A stretch of DNA of 64,000 nt from Chlorokybus atmophyticus (Eukaryota; Plantae; Mesostigma and Chlorokybus algae): positions 403,986-467,985 of the forward strand of contig RHPI01001168.1 of assembly GCA_009103225.1 (NCBI GenBank). Reading direction: 5' to 3'. Below are positions 1 to 9,349 of the stretch, in pieces (the first letter of the stretch is position 1; each line of letters starts with the position of its first letter). A program made the translations under genes and the position numbers. The notes below the pieces were generated by a model, which was given only the letters and a program-made list of their open reading frames with translations, searched no databases and was not told the DNA's origin.

Positions 1-200
1 ACACTCGCCACCCACGCCAAGGATGGCGCCGCCGTGCTAGGGTTTTAAGCGACTAGATAAGGAGCTTGTGACTCACAACTCACGTCTAGTGAGTGCTTGT
101 GCCCTCAAGTGCCCAAGGCACTAGGGGCACAAGAGTCTCATAACTCATTAACGAGTACTTGAGTTCATGGGCGCGCATTTCATGCGCTTCATGAACTCAT
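1..200 (-). mobile_element. Terminal repeat A of a tyrosine-recombinase (DIRS-order, PAT/TOC-like) element; probably the left end of a copy running off the window to the left
   Basis: Reverse complement of 8851-9052 with about 9 substitutions and 2 single-base indels by hand alignment. It ends at ATGAACTCAT (191-200), where it directly abuts an interrupted Copia gag. Confidence 0.7.
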
Positions 201-347
201 ATTTCTTGGCCGCAATGATGTGGAGGAGGTGGGGTCGACAAAACTCAAGAGCTTCTTGCGGATCAGCACCAACTTCATCTTCAGTGACCATGAAGCGTAG
301 TTGTGCAGATCAAGGGACTCGATGGGCATCCTATCTGTGTCAGCCAT
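201..347 (-). pseudogene. N-terminus of a Ty1/Copia gag, truncated by repeat A
   Basis: Minus-strand translation from ATG 347: MADTDRMPIESLDLHNYASWSLKMKLVLIRKKLLSFVDP, matching the Copia gag N-terminal pattern (I-E-x-L-D-x-x-N-Y-x-x-W-x-x-K-M-x-x-x-L). It lies downstream of a PBS and LTR. Confidence 0.8.
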
Positions 348-456
348 TGCTTGCTACACAATAATACAACTCACCCTCTCCCCAAGAACACTCTACTAGT
401 ACGCGCCTATGCTCAACACTTTCTCTCACTAGCACAAGCAATCACACAAGCGAGTG

Positions 457-469
457 TGGGCCCATAACC
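457..469 (-). promoter_or_regulatory. Copia primer-binding site GGTTATGGGCCCA (half-tRNA-iMet type)
   Basis: Minus strand reads ...TCTCAACA|GGTTATGGGCCCA, directly after the LTR-terminal CA. As recalled, this is the PBS sequence of Drosophila copia-type (hemivirus) elements. Confidence 0.8.
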
Positions 470-851
470 TGTTGAGAACTAGTGATGCGCCTAGTGTGTG
501 TGTACTTGCCTCCTACATACAAGTGCACACACTAAGGACAAGTGCAGCAAGCACGCCAACTATAGAGACAATGTGCGACCCACTGTATCAAGCAGTATAC
601 AGTGTCTTATATACTATGCTACCAACTACTAGTCAACTCTACTCAACTCTGGTCAAAGTCAACAACACCAGTCAACACTAGTCAATGGTCAAAGTCAACA
701 GTCAAAGTCAATATTGACCATGGTTGACCATAACTGCCGTAACTCCCGTAACTCCCGTAACTCTTGTAACTCTCGTAACTCCCGTAACTATAAAGGTTAA
801 GCTGATCGTACCAACTACATGTAGGCGCCGCCTATACATGTACTTTCAACA
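470..851 (-). mobile_element. 5' LTR (382 bp) of a Ty1/Copia retrotransposon
   Basis: Termini TGTTGAAA...TCTCAACA on the minus strand (7/8 inverted match), followed by the PBS and the gag ATG 110 bp further on. It contains tandem motifs. Confidence 0.78.
739..790. repeat. 9-bp tandem repeat (GTAACTCCC)~5.7 inside the LTR
   Basis: gtaactccc gtaactccc gtaactctt gtaactctc gtaactccc gtaacta. Confidence 0.9.
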
Positions 852-1157
852 AGCTATAACATCTAACACCTCTTGGGTGGTGGTGGCGGCCGTCATGAGG
901 TGGGCTTGAGGCGGCTGGCGATGCTGAATAAGGTGATTGCGTTGATCAGCTGCAGGCTTCTCCACGGTGAGTTTCCGCATGCTACAACCAATGTGCAACC
1001 AAACTTTTTTGTGCATGCAGCAGGCGTTTTAACAAACAACCGCATGCACTCGTGGTCGCTGTAGATGGATGCACGTAAGAGGCGCATCTTGCCGGTCCTA
1101 CTACTGTTGATAATGTCCAATGATTCGCCTACATTTGAATCATAAGCACTCAAGCGC

Positions 1158-2613
1158 ATGCGTTTGGGCAATGAAAGATTCCGTTGGTGGGCATCCGTGC
1201 TTCGGCACGAGCAGCACATGCAGCTGGTGTTGGCCATGGGTGTTGATGAGTTGAGTAGGCAAAGGCAGGTAGAACATGTTGCTGCCTATGCCAATGCAGT
1301 GCGAGAAACCTTGTTTTATTTAATGTCAGAGGGGATGAGTGCGAGGAGGTGGTTCTGGACGTTACGGAGAATTGTTGACAGGTAGAGATTAAATGTTGAT
1401 ACTTGGTCTGATCAGGAGTCCAGGCTGCAGATGCGTGTTTTTAGAGAAACATTCAAGAAGATTTGCAAAGCTACTGGTCCAAAAATCATAAAGGAGCACA
1501 CCAACCGCCGCGATGCCATGCCGGTGCGCAAGTGGTTTGGCATGGTTATGTAGCGTTTCGCGCAAGGCATGTCACTAGTTACTATCAGTCAGCAAACAGG
1601 ATACTCGGACTTTCTTATCTGCACGGTAACTACCGATGTGTGCTATGCTATTGCGACGCATCTGAGACCACAATACTTGAGGTGAGATAGCATGTGAAAG
1701 TTGGCGTGTGCGCGTGCGCGCGTGCGTGCATGCACGTGTGTGATGTGCTATGTTGGCTCAAGTTGCACATGTGTGTAGGTTTCTTGGCGTCAATGAGGAG
1801 GGCATGCACGAGCACCATTGAATCAAGCAGCAAAGCTTGCGCTTCAAAGATAGCTTCAACTTCCCTGGGGTTGTGGGCGTTATCGATGGGACCCACATCC
1901 CTATCATGATACCGGCTACTCGCTTGGCACAGCGGCAACATTTTTGCCGTAAAGGGTTTGCGTCTCTTAATACGTTAGCCACCTGCAATGATCGCGGACG
2001 CTTTACCCATGTATATGAAGGGTGGCATGGTTCAGCTCATAACAATCGTGTCCTCCGCAATTGTCCCATTTACAAGAAGGCCACATATTCGGGGTACTCG
2101 GCAAACCCAGATTACTACTTGCTGGCTGACGCTGGTTACATGCAGACCAAATGCACTTTGTTACCCTATTATAATGATGGTCAGCTTAGTAGCAGGCAAT
2201 GGGTGTACAATAAGGTGCAATCCTCTTTGCGCATGAGCATTGAATTAGCATGTGGTCGGTGGAAAGGGCGCTTCAAAGCTTTGCGTATCGGCCTGCACAT
2301 GAATATTCCTCATGTGGTTGCTGCCGTCAATACACTGGCCGTGTTGTACAACATGTGTGAAGCAGAGGGTAATCAATATGAAGATGTGTGGGGTGAGGAG
2401 GAGTTGATCCCCTTCAATGATGATGTTGGCTACCGTGCATGGCAAGAGCTGTTAAGGACGCAATGCAACAGCCGGCGTGGTGAGAACCCAAATAGCAGCA
2501 ACGGCACACGCGAAGCTAAAACTCAAGACCGATTTAGCCCTGCAAGAGGGGTGGATTCCCTCAGTGTAACGTGGTGGCATGAATTGACATGCTTGCTTTG
2601 CAGCTGCAATTGA
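1158..2613 (+). pseudogene. PIF/Harbinger DDE transposase (HARBI1-like), inactivated
   Basis: Catalytic-domain motifs VIDGTHIP, GSAHN (normally GSAHD), LADAGY and RMSIELACGRWKGRF are in ORF 1837-2613. The HTH-region motifs MRVFRETFKKIC..TNRRDAMPV and TDVCYAIATHLRPQYL lie upstream, joined by a GT-AG intron at 1682-1778. In-frame stops at 1383, 1551 and 1819 and a frameshift near 1610. Start position uncertain. Confidence 0.9.
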
Positions 2614-5327
2614 TAAATTCTTCTTCTCTATGCTGTGCAACCTACAAGGCAAAGCCATGCAAACGGTTACTCGCACTACATGCAAGCAAATAGTGACATA
2701 GCTTGTGCACATGTATGTGCGCGCATGCAATCAATGGCAACATTAGGCAACAGTTTTAAAAATTTCGTGTCACTCTCTTCTGTATATGCATGTCACACGC
2801 GTGTGTACGCGCATACCTAGTTCAATGCATTTATGATTACGACGTGCTGACTGTCTACTCTTTGGCTAGCAGAGCAAAAATAATGTTTGTGACCTTGTCG
2901 GCTTGTGCATTGCGTGCTTGTTTTGTCTCTCCTCGTGCTTCAGCGCGCGCTGCATCCAATGCAGCTATTTGTTTTGTGTCCAATGTTCTCTGCTCCTGCT
3001 CCTTGCGCATGCACAATTCAAATTGCTCAAGCATGTCCATCATTTACGAGTATGCTGCAGTGCGCTCATTATTGGCATGTTTAAAGGCCAATTGTAAGCT
3101 GTCGTATGCCTTGTTGCTCTGCTTTAGGGCGGTCTTTATGTGGGTCTCAAACATATTGGCCTTGTGGCTGGCGCGGTTGCCTTCTTACGCTTGCTTCTTC
3201 TTCGCCATTACCTCCTCAAAGATGGTACGGCGCGCCGCACTGACATGCAATTGTTTGCTGAGTAAACAGCATGTTTGCATACCCACACATGCAGACAAGC
3301 AGCATTACTTGTCCTCATTTTCTTCTACATCGCTGGCTGCCTGTCCACCTTCCTCTTCAACCCATTCATCATCTTGTCCACGACGCCTTGCAGATGCAGC
3401 AGTTTTCAAGGCCGTCATGGAAGATTTTGGGTCATCGGTAAAAAACAAGAACTCTAATGCCTTCTCACTATCAGTCCAAGAACTGAACTTATCCATGAGC
3501 TTGAAACTGGGCAAATGCTTGCGCACAAGCTCTCGCAGCTCCTCGATCTCCCCAGGCTCCACCTCGGGCAGCTCAATATGGTTAAGGTTGTGCGTTTTAA
3601 GTACACCTGCCCCGAGGTTTAACTGAGGTCGCGAATTTTCTGCCAGTAGGCAAGCATGCATATAGGTTGTTAGCAAATGGACTAAGCACAACCCTCAACA
3701 CGCACAAAAGATATCAGCTTTAATACCCTGCATATGCAGACCAAATGCACTTTGTTACCCTATTATAATGATGGTCAGCTTAGTAGCAGGCAATGGGTGT
3801 ACAATAAGGTGCAATCCTCTTTGCGCATGAGCATTGAATTAGCATGTGGTCGGTGGAAAGGGCGCTTCAAAGCTTTGCGTATCGGCCTGCACATGAATAT
3901 TCCTCATGTGGTTGCTGCCGTCAATACACTGGCCGTGTTGTACAACATGTGTGAAGCAGAGGGTAATCAATATGAAGATGTGTGGGGTGAGGAGGAGTTG
4001 ATCCCCTTCAATGATGATGTTGGCTACCGTGCATGGCAAGAGCTGTTAAGGACGCAATGCAACAGCCGGCGTGGTGAGAACCCAAATAGCAGCAACGGCA
4101 CACGCGAAGCTAAAACTCAAGACCGATTTAGCCCTGCAAGAGGGGTGGATTCCCTCAGTGTAACGCGGTGGCATGAATTGACATGCTTGCTTTGCAGCTG
4201 CAATTGATAAATTCTTCTTCTCTATGCTGTGCAACCTACAAGGCAAAGCCATGCAAACGGTTACTCGCACTACATGCAAGCAAATAGTGACATAGCTTGT
4301 GCACATGTATGTGCGCGCATGCAATCAATGGCAACATTAGGCAACAGTTTTAAAAATTTCGTGTCACTCTCTTCTGTATATGCATGTCACACGCGTGTGT
4401 ACGCGCATACCTAGTTCAATGCATTTATGATTACGACGTGCTGACTGTCTACTCTTTGGCTAGCAGAGCAAAAATAATGTTTGTGACCTTGTCGGCTTGT
4501 GCATTGCGTGCTTGTTTTGTCTCTCCTCGTGCTTCAGCGCGCGCTGCATCCAATGCAGCTATTTGTTTTGTGTCCAATGTTCTCTGCTCCTGCTCCTTGC
4601 GCATGCACAATTCAAATTGCTCAAGCATGTCCATCATTTACGAGTATGCTGCAGTGCGCTCATTATTGGCATGTTTAAAGGCCAATTGTAAGCTGTCGTA
4701 TGCCTTGTTGCTCTGCTTTAGGGCGGTCTTTATGTGGGTCTCAAACATATTGGCCTTGTGGCTGGCGCGGTTGCCTTCTTACGCTTGCTTCTTCTTCGCC
4801 ATTACCTCCTCAAAGATGGTACGGCGCGCCGCACTGACATGCAATTGTTTGCTGAGTAAACAGCATGTTTGCATACCCACACATGCAGACAAGCAGCATT
4901 ACTTGTCCTCATTTTCTTCTACATCGCTGGCTGCCTGTCCACCTTCCTCTTCAACCCATTCATCATCTTGTCCACGACGCCTTGCAGATGCAGCAGTTTT
5001 CAAGGCCGTCATGGAAGATTTTGGGTCATCGGTAAAAAACAAGAACTCTAATGCCTTCTCACTATCAGTCCAAGAACTGAACTTATCCATGAGCTTGAAA
5101 CTGGGCAAATGCTTGCGCACAAGCTCTCGCAGCTCCTCGATCTCCCCAGGCTCCACCTCGGGCAGCTCAATATGGTTAAGGTTGTGCGTTTTAAGTACAC
5201 CTGCCCCGAGGTTTAGCTGAGGTCGCGAATTTTCTGCCAGTAGGCAAGCATGCATATAGGTTGTTAGCAAATGGACTAAGCACAACCCTCAACACGCACA
5301 AAAAATATCAGCTTTAATACCCTGCAT
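2140..5327. repeat. Head-to-tail tandem duplication, unit 1594 bp (2140-3733 / 3734-5327)
   Basis: The ORF track repeats with a constant offset of 1594. I found only about 3 substitutions between the units. The junction has ATG microhomology (2140-2142, 5328-5330). Confidence 0.95.
3734..4207 (+). pseudogene. Duplicated 3' part of the Harbinger transposase
   Basis: Translation identical to the C-terminal 157 aa of ORF 1837-2613 except one W>R change. Confidence 0.9.
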
Positions 5328-6613
5328 ATGTCCTTGCACACATTCATGCGCGCAGCGCATTGCTTGTTAGTAAACTTCCATACACCATTGTATTGAGTAC
5401 ACAAATGTTGAGCGTCGACAGCCCAGTATGCTTGGCCAGTTGTCAGCTTCTTCTCGCGCATGAAGCTAGCGATGGTGGACTCGTTCACCTGCATAAGCCT
5501 GTGTCAGCGATAAATTGATGTGGCATGCCTGCAAATTAGCAAATGGACTAAGCACAACCCTCAACACGCACAAAAAATAGCAGCATTTATACCCTGCATA
5601 TGTCCTTGCACACATTCATGCGCGCAGCGCATTGCTTGTTAGTAAACTTCCATACACCATTGTATTGAGTACACAAATGTTGAGCGTCGACAGCCCAGTA
5701 TGCTTGGCCAGTTGTCAGCTTCTTCTCGCGAATGAAGCTAGCGATGGTGGACTCGTTCACCGGCATAAGCCTGTGTCAGTGATAAATTGCTGTGGCATGC
5801 CTGCAAATTAGCAAATGGACTAAGCACAACCCTCAACACGCACAAAAGATAGCAGCATTTATACCCTGCATATGTCCTTGCACACATTCATGCGCGCAGC
5901 GCATTGCTTGTTAGTAAACTTCCATACACCATTGTATTGAGTACACAAATGTTGAGCGTCGACAGCCCAGTATGCTTGGCCAGTTGTCAGCTTCTTCTCG
6001 CGAATGAAGCTAGCGATGGTGGACTCGTTCACCTGCATAAGCCTGTGTCAGTGATAAATTGCTGTGGCATGCCTGCAAATTAGCAAATGGACTAAGCACA
6101 ACCCTCAACACGCACAAAAGATAGCAGCATTTATACCCTGCATATGTCCTTGCACACATTCATGCGCGCAGCGCATTGCTTGTTAGTAAACTTCCATACA
6201 CCATTGTATTGAGTACACAAATGTTGAGCGTCGACAGCCCAGTATGCTTGGCCAGTTGTCAGCTTCTTCTCGCGCATGAAGCTAGCAATGGTGGACTCGT
6301 TCACCTGCATAAGCGTGTGTCAGTGATAAATTGCTATGGCATGCCTGCATGCATGCCAGAGCCTAGACTGTTCAACAAAGTGTGCCAGCTCTTGCACCCT
6401 AGGACAAGCATTTACTTGCTTGTCCATGGTAGTCAGAATGCTCAACAACAACCATGTCTTGCACTTATCCCAATGTGCTTTGGGAGCCTTTGCACCATCG
6501 CCACTCTTCGTCTTTGTTGTCTTCTTTGTCGTCTTGCCACCTTTAGCACCCTTGGTTGGTGAGCTCACAGTATCCTTCTTGACGCCCTCTTCATCCTCTT
6601 CATCCTTTTGCTT
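4449..6613 (-). pseudogene. Myb/SANT-like (trihelix-type) DNA-binding partner protein of the Harbinger element, multi-exon; its 3' exons are also duplicated at 2855-3733
   Basis: Spliced translation ...KAHWDKCKTWLLLSILTTMDKQ|VNESTIASFMREKKLTTGQAYWAVDAQHLCTQYNGVWKFTNKQCAARMNVCKDICR|LNLGAGVLK... shows W..W..QC spacing. It is convergent with the transposase, as known for PIF/Harbinger elements. There are premature stops in the last exon. 5' end uncertain. Confidence 0.7.
5264..6349. repeat. Four tandem 272-bp units, each carrying the 168-nt Myb-domain exon
   Basis: The unit start TTAGCAAATGGACTAAGC recurs at 5264, 5536, 5808 and 6080. Confidence 0.95.
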
Positions 6614-7794
6614 AAGCAAGTATATATGAGCGTGCTGGTGGAGTTCGCACACTTACTTATCCCAAACTGTGTGTGTAGTGTGCATCTATCAGCATATTTT
6701 TGTGCTTGTCCTGTTACATGAGGTTGGCATCTACCGACGTGCGCACACAGTGGCTGTGCTGTGCAACACCTTGTACTCAACATGAGCATGCATTCCTGTA
6801 AGAGATGCACCTAGCTCAGCGGGCACACATCGGCTGCATGGTGCACAGCTGTCAATGCTTTACAATTACATTTGGGCCTACATATGCGTGCTTGCATGTT
6901 GGCTTGTGCACAGGCTGCTACCCACTGTAAACATGCAAAATGTTGGACTTGCTGAGCATACAAGTGCACGTATGACTTGCACAGTACACCCTTAGCAGAC
7001 TTACAGCAGTGACATTTTGCAGGCTTACTTCTTATGAAGGTCTCGCCCACACTTTGGTCCGTTGGAGGCGTCCCACCAGTTGAACTCGCAAAGGGAGGGC
7101 AAGACGGTGGCCTTTGCGTAGGGTTGGGGCTGCTGCTGGCGGCAGCCGCAGGTGTGTATGGCAACCTGCCCCCAACACCCCACGACACTTGAATGTCTAT
7201 GTTGGGGGCATGGTGTCCCCCCATGGGCATAAAACCTCCTGCTAAACCATGCAGACCTGTACCATCCCGCCCCCCTATAAAGACAACCAGACATTCTCAG
7301 TCCCCCCCCATGAGCGCTGGGAACGAAGCCTGCTGCTGGTTGATGACCATGGGCGACCACAACATTGCCACCTGGCTTCCATGCCACAGCCCTTGACCGA
7401 CTGAATACTGACATTGGTTGGCAACCTGCGGCGAAGGCTCCCCCATCTTTTCCACACCCTTACTACCACCACTGCCGCCACCGCCGCCGCTGCCGCCCTC
7501 AATGACGACAACAATGCCAATAACCAGGACGGCTGAGTTGGCGCACACATATTTCAACCTTTCCCGTCACCGCTTGCCACGTGGTAAGCGTGGCAGCTTT
7601 CTTATTGGTCGAGGCCGGAGCAACTTCAAAATACAATTGCAAAAGCACCTCGGGGGCACCTTTGGCAAATGCAAGTACGTAATAAGGGTTTGGTACCATC
7701 TGATACCAGTGTAAATTCAAGACGATTGTAAAAGACATACTTTGCCCCCCTATGTTCTACGCTAAGTACGCTAATGTAAACGCGCTCTGAGCAC

Positions 7795-8755
7795 TTGCAC
7801 ACGTCGTACACGGCAGTGGCGGTGGCTTCGCGTGCTACTAGCACCATACGGGGCCATGAGATCTACTGGAACCGCTTTGTTGCGCTTTGCACGCTCCGTG
7901 GTTGGGTAACCTTGCCGACAGACGATGCCACAGTTGCCCTGTCTCACCAAAGTGTTAATGGAGTCCTCCCCCCGGCACTTGTAAGGAAAGCCTCAGTGGC
8001 CATACATGCTATGCATGCCATAAAAGGCCCGACCTCGCCCACTGCGAGTACACTTGTGGCAATGGTGCGTGAGGCTGCTGCCAGTCTACCACCGTCGGGC
8101 CAACGGCAAAAGGACTGCTTTCTTTTTTCTTTTTTCTTTTTGTTTTTTAATACCTAAGCTCTTGCGCGCCATGGTCTCGCACTTTGCTTGCAATAGTTGA
8201 GACTTGGTGGCCAGATTGCAAACGGTGGCTGTGTTGTTGCGGTTTGCAGGTATGATGCGGTATTCCGACCAAGCCGAGATTAATGCGCAAGCCATTATCT
8301 ATCCGCCGGACCGCATGGATCTCATCATTCCGCGCGGCAAAACCGACCAACATGGTGTGGGCGCAACAGTGCATATAGCTGCTGTGGCCAATGATTTGTG
8401 CCCTGTGATGCACACCGAAAAGTTGTTGTTTGGTTCGGGCTACAAGCAAGCTAGGCCGGGCAAGTTGCTGCGCTCCATCAAGTGGGTGGGGGGAACGTGC
8501 ATCATACACAACACCGTTGTGCCGTATGGCACCATGCTCGGTTGGGAAGAAGGCAGCCATGCGGGCGGCGGGGGAGGACCCCACACGTTTTGGTACATTC
8601 TCTGCTCGTTCGGCGCTGTAACCCAGGCGGTGAAGGCTGGTGTGCCCCATTACGTGTGGCAGCGGTTTGGGCGTTGGAATCTTCCACTGCAACTGAGGGC
8701 TATATGTGCACGGCGTTGCATAAGTTGCACATATTCTCGAAGCGCCTCAGCTTGA
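7795..8755 (+). pseudogene. Tyrosine recombinase of DIRS/PAT type, frameshifted
   Basis: N-terminal SAM-like region (ASRATSTIRGHEIYWNRFVALC..LPTDDATVA..HAIKGPTSPT). Box I LLRFAGMMRYSD, catalytic Lys in IPRGKTDQHGVG..LCPV. Box II is recoverable across frameshifts (FGTFSARS / AVTQAVKAGVP..GRW / SSTATEGYM, with the catalytic Tyr). Confidence 0.88.
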
Positions 8756-8787
8756 GTGGTACGCGCTCTGCACCGATTTCATCCATT

Positions 8788-9349
8788 TATCGACCCATAA
8801 CGGACCCCCAGCATGAGCTGTATGTTGTATATAACTCAAGTGTGAGTTACATGAGTTCATGAAGCGCATGAAATGCGCGCCCATGAACTTAAAAACTCGT
8901 TAATGAGTTACGAGACTCTTGTGCCCCTAGTGCCTTAGGCACTTGGGGGGCACAAGCACTCATTAGGCGTGAGTTGCGAGTCACAAGCTCCTTATCTAGT
9001 CGCTTAAAACCCTAGCACGGCGGCGCCATCCTTGGCGTGGGGTGGCGAGTGTGGTTCACTTTGCAGGTGTACAGGCTTCTCAGGCTTCGACCCCTGCGTC
9101 AGCGGTGATGGTGCCGTCACCAAGTTGAAGACCGAAGAAGCGCGTGACTTTCGCACCTGACATGAAGAGATAGTTCCCATATTTGTAGCCTAGCACACTA
9201 GTGTAGACTTGTGTGTACATCAGCATGTATCCACACACTTGTACAGTTGTATTGTAATGCACTTGGGTGCTGGGCATAGCCACCGTGCTATCGACCCATA
9301 GCGACCCCCTAGCATGAGCTGTATGTCGCATATAACTCATGCGTGAGTT
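8788..9349 (+). mobile_element. Right end of a YR retrotransposon with split direct repeats: B1 8788-8848, A2 8851-9055, spacer 9056-9288, B2 9289-9349
   Basis: B1 and B2 are 61-bp direct repeats (53/61 identical). A2 matches the repeats at 1-200 and 12841-13826. The block starts about 30 bp after the YR ends. Confidence 0.72.

Noticed and set aside
5264-6349. Possible CRISPR-like array
   Set aside because: The units are near-identical over their full 272 bp with no unique spacers, the context is eukaryotic, and no cas genes are present.
790-7030. TIRs and TSD for the Harbinger element
   Set aside because: I could not find a convincing inverted pair by eye, so the element boundaries are left undefined.
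7699-7708. Minus-strand TGGTATCAGA, resembling a tRNA-iMet PBS
   Set aside because: Only 10 nt match (the following GC is absent), there is no definable LTR upstream and no gag downstream. A chance hit is plausible in 64 kb.
7499-7738. KGAPE motif suggesting a P-type ATPase
   Set aside because: It is an isolated pentapeptide with no other ATPase motif or exon nearby.
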